From Eutreptiella sp. 'Long Island Sound 2002' (taxonomy: Eukaryota; Protista; Euglenida), in NCBI GenBank assembly GCA_964036045.1, contig OZ038378.1, forward strand, positions 30,194,001-30,258,000: a stretch of DNA of 64,000 nucleotides, given 5' to 3'. Position numbers and translations under genes: made by a program. Under the pieces are notes generated by a model. The model did no database searches, was not told where the DNA came from, and saw only the letters and a list, made by a program, of their open reading frames with translations. Below, piece after piece: positions 1-10,029 of this stretch. Within the stretch, counting starts at the first letter, position 1. The number at the start of each line of letters is the position of its first letter.

Positions 1-94
1 TGTGCTCGTTTGTTGTGCTTTTTGCACGCTAGGTAACGTGCATTTAATGTTTTTAGAAGTTTTAGATACTCACTTGGTTGAGGTTCAAGAGGGG

Positions 95-272
95 GGGGTT
101 ACTTTTTTTGGTGACGGCTCAGTTGACTGAGCGCCCCACTGAGCCGTCACTGAGCCGTCACTGAGCCGGCTCACTTAGCTCTCACTTAGCTCTCACTGAG
201 CGCTCACTGAGCGCGCCAAATGGCTCACTGAGCGCTCACTAAGCGCTCAGTGAGAGCTAATTGGGGGCTCAC
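95..272. repeat. Left inverted repeat / array 1 of ~11-bp CTCACTGAG units
   Basis: Tandem ctcactgagc/ctcacttagc units preceded by GGGGTTACTTTTTTT; inverted match to 7260-7434. Confidence 0.95.
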
Positions 273-410
273 ACAGAGGCCCCCCCCCCCCCCTTTCCGC
301 CTCTCCTCCGCCCCCCTATCCGCCTACCCATCCATTCCTTCTTCGCTCCCATAGGTCCTCTCTTTCACACCATATCTAATGTCGCCCCAGGCCTGGAACC
401 AGCGGCTTCA

Positions 411-2549
411 ATGGCTCTCACGTCTTTCCTTAGTTGCCCCCGGGTACCTACCGCTTTCACAGAGGCAGCGTACCCGGGGGTGCCTTCGACAGACCTGGAG
501 CCTTTGAAGTTGTGGGCCCAGCAGCTCCCTGCCCCTTCCCCAGAAGTGGTCCAGATCACCATGTCCGATGTGACCCTTCTTGGAAAGAGCTGGATGCACC
601 AGTGCAACCAAATGTTGCGACTGGTGCATCCAGCTATTCGTGCCGTACGCTTTCGCTTTCCTGTGGCTGCTGTCCAAGATTTGTGTCAGCAGTCCTCAGG
701 AAAGCTGATCGGTACCCCCCACGAGTTCGGGACACGGGTTCATGACACCAAAGATCTGCAGCACGGCTGGGCTGCAGATCTTGGTGTCAGCCATGTTGCA
801 CCCAAGAAGGGACTCCTTGAGGCCCTGCCTTTTGGGGTCGGGGTGGTGTCAGGGGAATGCTGGGAAAGCCTTTCGGCTTGTCCCATCATTCCCGAGTGGT
901 GCCGTGTGGTGCCCGACTACACCACCCCAGCCCTGTACAAGACCAAGGAGTCCGTGTTCCTCCGCGGTGCCGCCTCCCCTCCCCCCTATATCTCCCAAGT
1001 TGCCCCGGTGTTCTCACATGAACTCCCGGCTCATGACCTTGAGTCGGATGAGTCCTTGTGCAACTTGGGGTTCCGGGTGGTTAGGGGGGCAGTAGAGGCC
1101 AAGGAGTGCGAGAACCGGTACCGCATTCTCGTCGACTCCTGCGGCACCGCGCCGGATGCAATTTGGGATCTGCTGTCCAATGCACACTCTCGCGATCCCA
1201 AACTGCCACGGCGCTGGGGTACTTGGCCCGGCAAGCTTATCTCTGTGTTGGGAAAGGACCCCTTGCAACGGGCTGGTCAGCAATGCAGTGCTCGCTGGCC
1301 CAAGATGAAGGATCTCTTCCCAACGCAGTGGTCGGCAATTGCCGCCGGGGAAGATGCTAGGGAGCAGACCTGGCATACTGACGTTGATAAGTTGCCAGGT
1401 ACGCTCCCTAGCAAGGGTGAGCTGCCCGTGCATCTTTCAAGGATGCTTGCCCTCTCGGATAAGTATCATTCGGAGGTGCACTTGGGCAGCCACCTGGGAA
1501 ACCATGACGCTCTGCGTGTCGAGACCTTCGAGTTTCAGCGTGGGGACTTGGTTCTCTTTGCCTCCACGCTGAGACATCGGGGTCCCGCCGCGCTGCCGGG
1601 GGTGGGGAAGCAGGTTGTTCTCTTCCGCTTCCTCACCCCTGACGAGCGTCACAAGTGGGTGGACGTGGAACGGTTCATCCTTGACCCTCTGCCAGGAGCC
1701 AAGGATGAGCTGGCTTCACAGCCACGGGGAGACAGGCCGCTGCCCAACCCCAGGGCTCTCAGCCACTGGGGGCAGTACTTCGCCTTCGGCGAGGGACTGC
1801 AGGGCGCGGTCGGTCTGCCGCGGTTTGAGCAGCTGGACGACTGGCTGGCCCCTGTGGGTCCGTCAGGCCCCGGCTGCCCATACCACCCGCTGCTGCTGGC
1901 CAGGCCTGCCCTGGAGGCCGCCGACCCCATGTGCCACGTGTACGTGGAGAAAGGCAACGTCCTGTGGACAAGCGGGCCATCATGGCTCCACCTGCGTAAC
2001 AGTGGACCCGGGGAGGCCGCCCTGCTGCAGCAGTATTGGGCCCCCTCATCCCGCCCCATCTCTGCACAGCAGGCTTTGCTGCTTGGCTTCTCCTGGCATC
2101 GCGGGCCGGAGAAGCGCTGTACAAGGAGCGATGCGGGCGCCGAGGTCCCGCTTTTGATGCGCTGCATCTGCAGCGGCAAGGTCTTCCTCCCTTCTCCCCC
2201 TGCCCTGCAGGATTCACACCGGGGTGTTGGGGGGATATTGGAAGGGGGCGCGACTGCGTGGTGGTGGGGTGCACCAGGAAGTTTGGAAAGGTGGGTTCGG
2301 GGCTGTGGGCCCGTGGGGCTTTGGGCTGGCAGGGGGTTCTTTGTGTGTCATGCGTGTAATGCCCCACGAGTGGGCTTAACAAGTGCACAAGGTGCCCCAC
2401 GAGTGCGCTTAACATGCGCACAAGGTGGCCAGCGAGTGGGCCTCCTGCATAGGCCGTGCCAGTCTGCTGCTGGCCTTTGTGGGGCCTGTATGGGGGCCTG
2501 TATGGGGCCTGTATGGGCCCTGTGTATGGCCTGCATGGGGCTGTGCTGA
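411..2549 (+). CDS. PhyH-like 2OG-Fe(II)-dependent dioxygenase with an additional C-terminal cupin-like segment
   Basis: Open frame with the first ATG at 411 after a pyrimidine tract/AG. Motifs: LCNLGFRVVRGAV (PhyH N-terminal strand), EQTWHTD (HxD at 1374-1382), QRGDLVLFASTLRHRG (distal His at 1575). A later VEKGNVLWTSGPSWLHLRNSG resembles cupin motif 2. The tail after ~2200 is low-complexity, so the real 3' end may be spliced. Confidence 0.75.
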   Translation: MALTSFLSCPRVPTAFTEAAYPGVPSTDLEPLKLWAQQLPAPSPEVVQITMSDVTLLGKSWMHQCNQMLRLVHPAIRAVRFRFPVAAVQDLCQQSSGKLIGTPHEFGTRVHDTKDLQHGWAADLGVSHVAPKKGLLEALPFGVGVVSGECWESLSACPIIPEWCRVVPDYTTPALYKTKESVFLRGAASPPPYISQVAPVFSHELPAHDLESDESLCNLGFRVVRGAVEAKECENRYRILVDSCGTAPDAIWDLLSNAHSRDPKLPRRWGTWPGKLISVLGKDPLQRAGQQCSARWPKMKDLFPTQWSAIAAGEDAREQTWHTDVDKLPGTLPSKGELPVHLSRMLALSDKYHSEVHLGSHLGNHDALRVETFEFQRGDLVLFASTLRHRGPAALPGVGKQVVLFRFLTPDERHKWVDVERFILDPLPGAKDELASQPRGDRPLPNPRALSHWGQYFAFGEGLQGAVGLPRFEQLDDWLAPVGPSGPGCPYHPLLLARPALEAADPMCHVYVEKGNVLWTSGPSWLHLRNSGPGEAALLQQYWAPSSRPISAQQALLLGFSWHRGPEKRCTRSDAGAEVPLLMRCICSGKVFLPSPPALQDSHRGVGGILEGGATAWWWGAPGSLERWVRGCGPVGLWAGRGFFVCHACNAPRVGLTSAQGAPRVRLTCAQGGQRVGLLHRPCQSAAGLCGACMGACMGPVWALCMACMGLC
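2478..2545. repeat. Short tandem repeat (ggggcctgtat)n
   Basis: About 5 degenerate 11-12-bp units at the 3' end of gene 1. Confidence 0.8.
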
Positions 2550-2599
2550 GGCGGCTCCAGCATCCTGCCACCAGTTGCAGTTGCCAGTCTGGAGGTGCA

Positions 2600-2690
2600 A
2601 CTGAGAGCTGACTCAGCCGTTTGGCGCGCTCAGTGAGCGCTCACTGAGCCCAATTAGCTCTCACTGACGGCTCAGTGAGCTCTCAGTGAG
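2600..2690. repeat. Internal array 2 (imperfect palindrome of CTCAGTGAG units)
   Basis: Starts actgagagct..cagccgt and ends acggctcagtgagctctcagt. Contains gagcccaattagctctcactga and ccgtttggcgcgctcagtgagcg, both shared with the terminal repeats. Confidence 0.95.
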
Positions 2691-2789
2691 GTGAAACCCG
2701 GGACCAGGCCGTTGCAGTGCTTTGCTGCCGTTTGCATCTTTATCGAAAGTGGTACTTTTGGAGCCCCCCCCCCCCCCCTACATTTGCAG

Positions 2790-4316
2790 GCTCAATTCCC
2801 CCTGCACGAGCCATTGGTTGATGCAAACGGCAGCAAAACACAGAGTCAACGCCCGGTAACGTTCGCGCTACCCACCGAAGGTGCCAGCAGTTCCTCACGA
2901 CCACCGCTTCGAAGGCAACCGCAACTGGCGTCAGTGACGAAGGAGCCGGTGCCGGGGGCATCGGAAGCGGAGCCCACGATGGTGACAGCCGCGGACGAGA
3001 GGGCAGCGGCGGTTGACAAGGGTCGGGGGCCGGTGGGCCCATCACTCGCCGACCTAGCCATCGGGTCCCCGGTCCCTTTCCCCCCGGTGTAGGCACCCCG
3101 GGCCGGTGATGTACGCGCGGGCTACTTGGGGCTCTACATTGCCCCGGTCAACAAGCAGCCCGCCCCGGCGTACCTCCTCAACAGGACGGTTAACGTGAAG
3201 GGGGCACCGCGGCACTCCACCGAGAGGTGGTATTGGAGCGTCACCCTCGACGTGTGCAGCGCCCCGCAGGCAAGGACGCCCACCCAGATGCACCTGCCGT
3301 GCAGGGTGACCGTCACCGAGGATTGTGGGCTTGGGGCAGGGGAGGGGGGATTTTTGTAGCCCGCTTTGCTTACCGGCTGGGGTCCAAACACTGGTGTTTG
3401 GACATGGCTATGGGGACGGAGGAGGGGGGGTTGCTGGCCTGCGCTGGCGCCATTGCTTTTAAGCAGGTGGCGTCATGGGAAGTGCAGGGGGAGGGGTTTT
3501 TCTCGGAGGCTTGGCAGGCCATGCGCGGCCACGTCGCCACCTTCCGTGCAGCGCTTTGGGGGCGGACGCCATCGACCTAGAGGTGGTCAGTGATGGGGAG
3601 GTGACTGAGGGGGGGAGGAGTGATGGGGCCCGCAGTGCAGGCGGCCGGAGTGACCGGAGTACCCGCAGTGGGGCTCAGAAAGGGAAAAAGCGGGCAGCCA
3701 AGGACAGCAACCCCCCCCCCCCCAAAGCTGGCGGGCAAGGGAAATGCAGCCGCACCACAAAAGGCGGCTCTCGGGAGCCCCCTTCGTGACCCTGGATCTC
3801 CGGGCACCGTGCCCATGACCGTGTACCGGGAGGCATGCCGTGACTGTGACCAGTTCCGCTAGGGGCGGGATGCTGCCAGTCTGGCAGCGGAAGCAACCTC
3901 CCGTCTCAAGGAGGAGCTGGACACGGTCAAGCGGCAGCGGGACAACCTGCAGGCCCAGCTCGTGGACTCTGAGCTTTGAGCGCCAACGGGCTGCCAGTGA
4001 GGCACGCCTGGAGGTGCTGCAGCGGTCCAAGGGCTTCAAGCCCCCTGAATCTGGGCCGGGGGCTGCATCCCCCTCCCAGTCAGGGGTTCCGGCTGCACCC
4101 GCCGCCACCTATAGCGCGCAGTCCATGCAATTCCTGGCATCTGGACTGTTGGAGTACGCCCACTTGGCCACGCGGCTAATGGCCGACGCCAAGTCGTCGT
4201 GCCAGCAGCTGCAGACCATTGCGGGGCTGGCTCGAACAACCACGATGCCGGACCTGATTCAGCACTATGAAGTGCTCAACAATAATATATACCATACATA
4301 TATACGAACCACGTAG
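2790..4316 (+). pseudogene. Unknown transposon gene 2 (globular N-terminal part, Lys-rich linker, C-terminal coiled coil), disrupted
   Basis: AG acceptor at 2788-2789, then joinable ORF pieces (2790-3092, 3126-3359, 3227-3580, 3475-3789, 3620-3862, 3840-4316) with stops and frameshifts. The heptad-like segment is SRLKEELDTVKRQRDNLQAQL. Confidence 0.6.
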
Positions 4317-4819
4317 CGGGGGGTTAAGCGGCTACCACAACGCCGCAGTTCCAGGGAGAGATGAACCCGGACTGCCAACCACGGGTTCTGGCTCCCAGCC
4401 AGGCTGCTGAGCAGCCGCCACCACCTCCGACCGATACCGGCGGTCAGCATTCTGCAGGGTTGATAGGGCTGAAAGTGGTGGCCCCTGGCCTGCTTGAAAA
4501 ACATTCAAGTCTGCGAAACAATAATGTTTTCAAATACACATGCAACTGCAATTGGTAGACGGACAGAATGAATCACGGCACGTAGACCTGTGAAAAAAAG
4601 GCACACAGCAAGGCAGAAAGTGGTGGCCCAAGAATTGCACAGCACGCTGAAATCTGTGGCCCCAGGCCCCCTAGAAGAAATTTGCCCGTTTTCAAGAACG
4701 CTTGCCTGATCAGGGCCAAAATTGGCCCCTCTGGTATGTTGGGACAGCAAATAGTCATTTTGTAGCATGTTTTGGCCTAGTGTGTGCTGCCTGTGTAGTG
4801 CCTGCCTGTCGGTCTGCAG

Positions 4820-4921
4820 TGACTGAGAGCTCACTGAGAGCTCACTGAGCCGTTTGACACGCTCATTGAGCGCTCAGTGAGCGCTCAGTGAGCGCGCCAA
4901 ACGGCTCAGTGAGCTCTCAGT
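4820..4921. repeat. Internal array 3 (~100-bp imperfect palindrome of CTCAGTGAG units)
   Basis: gactgagagctcactgag...ccgtttg ... caaacggctcagtgagctctcagtc: the ends are mutually complementary. Shares gagcgcgccaaa(c/t)ggctca with array 1. Confidence 0.95.
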
Positions 4922-5059
4922 CGGGTGGATGGCTGGGCCCTCCAATTGTTGGCCGCCACAAACTGGTGGTTGTGGGTAGGGGGTGCGGGGAAGACGTGCC
5001 ACCTACCACCAGGGACCGAAAACAGGGTGAGTGCCATGGCTCTGGGGGGGGGGGGGGGG

Positions 5060-5280
5060 GGGCTGCAGCGCATATTACGGCATCACCCGGGGGGAGGGGG
5101 GCATGAGAGCAATGGGAGTGGAGATGACGGGGAAGGATGAGACACCGCCGGGGGGGGGGGGGATGATGGGACAAACACCCTGGCGGCATCCCCGGGGGGG
5201 GGGGTATGATGGGACAAACACCACGGCGGCATCCCCGGGGAGGGGGGGGGGGGATGGGACAAACACCCTGGTGCAACCCC
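5060..5280. repeat. G-rich 43-45-bp minisatellite upstream of the transposase
   Basis: atgggacaaacacc recurs at 5166, 5209 and 5254, separated by ggcggcatcccc + poly-G; degenerate units upstream. Confidence 0.85.
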
Positions 5281-5462
5281 ACTACCCCACTCCGACAAAG
5301 AGTGTGAATCCTGCAGGGGGAAGGGGGGGGAGGGCTAGAAAGGGACAACAATCAAGGGGAAACACGTGGGGGGGATAGCAAAGAGATATGAACAGAGATA
5401 ATTGTGCCGCAAGCATGGGGACCGCATGTGGCACTACACCTATACCACAAGTGCTACACCAA

Positions 5463-7211
5463 ATGCCACCTAAACATCCCTTTTCCCTGTTGGGGACGTA
5501 GCGCCAACGCGCAACCCGGATTGAGCATCTGGAGGCCGCGGTGGCGGCCTCCCTATGTGGCGAATATCGGGCCGAGCTCCAACCCGATGGTAGCATTCTG
5601 CTAGTCCCTGAGGACTATAGCCGGCCCACGGACACCAACCCCGACAACAAGTCGGAGGCCTTGCGCGTGCTGTGGCGGATGCGTAGTTCACAGATGTCGC
5701 GCCACGACATGGCCTACCTGCTGCCCGACCTGGACAGCACCGTTAGCTGGGCCGACGTGGTCCCGTGGCTGAAGCACCTCAGGCAACCTGCTAGCCAGCG
5801 GGTTTCTATCCTTGAAGGGGAGTATGAAATGCAAGGGCCGTACTGCAATATTGCTGAGCGGCTAGCCTTGCTGTATGAAGCGCGAGCCGTATGCACACCG
5901 GAAGCCTTGCAACCGGGCGCGCGACGCAAAACCTCGGTGACCATTGGCGTTGACGGCACCAACCGGTGGAATCGGGCCTACATGCACTGTGCAATGGCTG
6001 CACCGGGTTGTGGGCCCACACAGCTTGCCAACTGGTGGCTGTTCGAGGGTAGCGAGATGTGGGCCACGGTGTACATCATGCAATCGGAGTGTGACTTCGA
6101 TACTCAGCTCCGCGCTGCTACGGCCCTGCAACTGCCGCATGCGGATGGGGTGGCGCACAGCCCCCTATTCTTCGTCCGGGCCGATGGCAAGGTCCACATC
6201 ATGCTAGCCGGCGGGGACGGCTTCACCAAGAAGAGCCCCCGGGCCATGGTGTGCCACTGTTGCGGCGCAAAGCGTGAAACGGTTTTGCGCAAGTTCGGGG
6301 GACAAGAGGTTGCCCTGGAAGGAATCAAGGGCCATGTACGTCTGACCGGGGTGTTTCGTGACATCCCGGCGGACCACCGTGTTCCTGACTTCGGTGCGCA
6401 TGGAGTCATGCGTGTTGCCATTGTGGGGGTCAATGGAATTGTGCGGGTGCTCGTGACCCATGGAGGAGTATCTAGGAAGAGTGCAGCCACCATGGTGCAG
6501 GGGGTTCTAAACGGGGCACGGAAAGTGGCCCGCACGGTGCGGCGTGGAAAGTGGGGGGCGGACAAGGCAAATGCCAAAGGACAAGTGCGCATTGAGTTGG
6601 GGGCCGCTGCGCACTTTGTCAAGGCCCGGGTGTGGGGCCCACTGTTGCAGCTGGTTGCACCGGTGATCGGGAACCATCAAGTGGGGGGCAGGCGATGGGT
6701 TGATGTGTGCACGGAGTGGTGGGAGGCGTTTGCGGCCATGGCCGAGGTGGCCTGGAAGGACGACTTTCTGAGTGGTGCAGAGCAACATGCCTTGCTGCAA
6801 CGCCAACTGACCATGGGGGCAAGGCACCTTGACCTGGGATGGGGGAAGACCTGGTGGACGCACATGTGGATTGACCACATGTATGCGTATGTTGCACGAT
6901 GGGGGACCATTGCAAAGTTTAGTTGCTTTGCATTGGAGGGCAGCCATGTGCGACTGAAACGGCTGATTAGGAATAGTGGGGGGGTCAGCTTGCTGAACGA
7001 TAGGTCGGGCTTGCAGTGTGTGGTGGATAACCACACACTAGATGATAACCTCCGCAAGGAAGGTTGGGAGGTGGAGAGTACAGCTGTGACCAAGCAAAGG
7101 GGGTTCCAACGACGGTGCACGACTTGGTCACGTGCCCGGCGGGAGAGGAAGGGGAGAGAGAACATGGTGAGGAGGATTGTGGAACGTGCATTGCGACAAA
7201 GGACCAAGTAA
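5463..7211 (+). CDS. RAG1/Transib-like (CMC-Transib clade) DDE transposase; one in-frame TAG near the N-terminus
   Basis: GVDGT (D, 5952), LFEGSE, ADGK (D, 6183; RAG1 DEK), CHCC (CxxC, 6252-6263), PDFGAH, THMWIDH (H-x4-H, 6861-6878), then WGTIAKFSCFALEG with E (6936) exactly 20 residues after the second His, as in RAG1 H942-E962. The ATG at 5463 is in frame but followed by TAG at 5499-5501; the frame is open from 5502 to 7211. Confidence 0.85.
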
Positions 7212-7259
7212 GTGCGTATGATGGAAGATTTGTGCCCGTGTATGTTCAGTGAGCCCTGA

Positions 7260-7434
7260 GTGAGCCCCCAATTAGCTCTCACTGAGCGCTCAGTGAGCGC
7301 TCAGTGAGCCATTTGGTGCGCTCAGTGAGCGCTCAGTGAGAGCTAAGTGAGAGCTAAGTGAGCCGGCTCAGTGACGACTCAGTGACGGCTCGGTCGGGGT
7401 GCTCAGTCAACCGAGCCGTCGAAAAAAAAACCCC
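7260..7434. repeat. Right inverted repeat / array 4
   Basis: Reverse complement of 95-272; begins ~50 bp after the transposase stop. Confidence 0.95.
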
Positions 7435-8329
7435 GGTCAAATCCTCTTGGACTAGGGATTGGTATCCCTTTGGGGACATTCCAGAACCCCAACCCAACCC
7501 CGAAAGCCACAACTTTTCACATGAAACCCCTTGAAAAACACCACTTAGCCCCAAATGAGCCGTTTTAGCCCCAACTGAGCCCCAACTTCACATTTCTAGG
7601 TACAATGCACATATATCAAGGTCATCCCCAACACCATCTTGCGTGGCATCGTCAACGGTTGCTTCGGTGCTCTTCCAAACATGAGGGGGAACATGTTTCC
7701 ACGGTCCATACGGAGGGTAACCTGCCTCCGGATGCAAAATTGGGTAACGTGTAACAAAATGCGCACTGATTGATGCAACTCGTTTAGACCACCACACCAA
7801 ACCTCATTTGTTGAACAAAATGATTCAAAAAATCACATACACAGGCCGCACTCTGCCGCCATGCTACCTCCAAGCAATCTTTACCACGCGGCATGAATGC
7901 ACCACTACCCGATGGAGGAGTGTGCTTCATCCAAAAAAATAAACGCTGAAGACACACTTCATGCATCACCATGTACCCAGCTCAGTGTGCCCCTTTCACA
8001 ATATGCATAGATGCACCATGTAGCACTGAAACACAACACACTAGGGGAACCGGGGACAATGGGTGAGGGAAGGGGGGGGGACAGGGGGTTGACCGGCCGG
8101 CCTCCAAACAACAAACGTAACGAAGGTTGGCCCAGTTACCTCAATAGCAAGGTTGAATCCAAGACAATAGGCGGTTGGGTTCCCCGTAGATATGGAAACC
8201 ACTGAAGCATAGGTCAGGACGGCCTTGGGTTCTCCGAATGTACTTCCTTAACACGTGTCCCCAGCTTAACACTTGTCCCCACAAGCGCACGGCGTATGTA
8301 CTTCGGCTTTCTTTGTCACTCAATAGTTG

Positions 8330-8705
8330 GCTGCTTAAACCCTGCCGTCTCGGGGGCCCACATGTGGGCGGAATGGCTTTATCACCCCTGCCTGCTCAGG
8401 GGTCCCCACGCGGGGACAAAATCAGAAGTGCCTACATCACCCCTGCCTTCTCAGGGTCCCCATGGTGGGGAGAAATCAATATGGCTACATCACCCCTGCC
8501 TTCTCGGGGTCCCCATGGCGGGGGAGATCAATATGGCTACATCACCCCCTGCCTTCTCAGGGTCCCCATGGTGGGGAGAAATTAATATGGCTACATCACG
8601 CCTGCCTTCTCGGAGTCCCCATAGCGGGGAGAAATCAATATGGCTACATCACCTCTACCTTCTCGGGGTCCCCATAGTGGGGAGAAATTAATACGGCTAC
8701 ATAGC
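8330..8705. repeat. ~53-bp hairpin-containing minisatellite (~7 units)
   Basis: atggctacatcacccctgccttctcggggtccccatggtggggagaaatcaat-type units at 8372, 8428, 8481, 8533, 8587, 8640 and 8693; each has a tcccc...gggga stem. Confidence 0.92.
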
Positions 8706-8864
8706 CAGGCAAAAAGCCCACCCACACACCCATCTGACGCCAAAAACAGGGTTGGGAATCGAAAATAGCCCAAAAAGTTGCCTTGCGCGCGCCCTGCGTA
8801 CTAACGCTCCCTCAAAGGCCGGGGGCAAGCGGGCACAGGGGTCTTCTGCCTTGTGGCTGTCTGT

Positions 8865-9009
8865 GATTTGGTCTGTCAGTCTGCCTGTTAGTCTGCCTGT
8901 CTGTCAATCTGTCCGTCTGTGCCTTCATGGCCTGTCCGTCTGTCCATCCGTCCGTCCGTCCCTCCGGCCATCTGTCTGTCAATCTGTCCATCATCCGTCT
9001 GGCTGTTGC

Positions 9010-9072
<63 letters not shown>
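8865..9072. repeat. Compound microsatellite (GTCT/GTCC)n followed by (TG)n
   Basis: Seen directly; pure TG run at ~9011-9071. Confidence 0.95.
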
Positions 9073-10029
9073 ACGTAATCAATTCAAATCACGCTCAAAC
9101 TGCAAGGTTCAACAACTAAATCCTGCTCCTTCTAAGCGGCGGTTGGGAACTAGGTTGAGAGAGACACTGGCTGGCAGGCAACAACAGGGGGTGGCGCAGT
9201 GCTCCTACTGCATCCTGCATCCCACTCGTGTTGTGACCGTGCTTCCCTGTGCTTCCCTGCGGAGGCCCCACTGGGCGAGTCTACTATGCTGTCGGCGGCC
9301 GCGGGGGCGTGTACCCACGAGGCTCGCTGGAGCTGTGATGCTGCGGGTCCGGGGGCTGGGGGTGCGGCTGGGGTCACTGAAGCAGGCGGCGTGCTGTAGC
9401 TGTGTCTGTCCTGGACCTTTTTACCATAAGTTCTACCTCTGCACTGCTCAGCGGTGTATATGGGAGAGGGCTGAATGCTGGGGTCCGCGGTGATGGGGGT
9501 GGGGTATGGACTCCAGGTGACCCCAAGGGTTCACGTAAGCCTGCCCAGCGCAGGGGCAAGTATTCTAAGGAGACCATGGTCTCGCCCTGACTGCATGTTG
9601 ACGCTCCACTGAAGCAGAGCGCCTGTTGAACACGCAGGCAAGGGCAGAATTCGAAATCGTCAGGACAGTCAGTGAAGCGGCGGGGTCCCCTCACAGGGAA
9701 GATCACCGGCGTCACCAATGACGCAGAGCGACGCGCAGGAAGAGCAGGAGGTGCAGGGACCAGACGTGGTTTTGCCAGACCCAAAGTCACGGCCCTCTGA
9801 CCACCGGACCACTGCGTGACGTGTTACGCACTGCTCCCAGATGTGTTCTAGTAAGGGCCATGCTTCGCCACCTCTGAGTACCATTGTGAAGTGGTGCCCT
9901 CTGACACCCTCTCCGGGACATTTACCTGCAGCTCTCTTGCTGAACAGGGGATGAGCAAAGGAGGGATCCCTGGTGTGTGTGTGTGTGTGTGTGTGTCTGT
10001 CTGTCTGTCTGTCCGTCTGCGCCCTGTCA

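Larger units (their letters stand above)
95..7434 (+). mobile_element. Three-gene DNA transposon (RAG1/Transib-like transposase + 2OG-Fe(II) dioxygenase + unknown gene) bounded by long inverted repeats
   Basis: 95-272 is the reverse complement of 7260-7434 (about 7 differences over the ~160-bp core). The repeats enclose three co-oriented genes, the last a DDE transposase. The exact termini and TSD are not resolved. Confidence 0.85.

Noticed and set aside
60-110. Canonical CAC...GTG Transib termini, RSS heptamer/nonamer and 5-bp TSD for element 1
   Set aside because: CACTTGG at 71 has no matching ...GTG near the right end. Similarity beyond the IR is limited to CAAGAGG/CCTCTTG, and no direct repeat flanks any candidate boundary, so the termini are left unresolved.
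95-272. CTCAGTGAG arrays, and the 53/50/145-bp arrays, as CRISPR
   Set aside because: No unique spacers between repeats, no cas genes, and eukaryotic context.
2790-4316. Gene 2 as a RAG2-like partner
   Set aside because: No kelch repeats or PHD finger visible; the composition is linker plus coiled coil.
3090-5501. TAG reassignment or readthrough (alternative genetic code) suggested by many in-frame TAGs
   Set aside because: TAGs co-occur with TGA/TAA stops and frameshifts in the same genes, and long ORFs (gene 1, transposase core) contain none; ordinary decay explains them.
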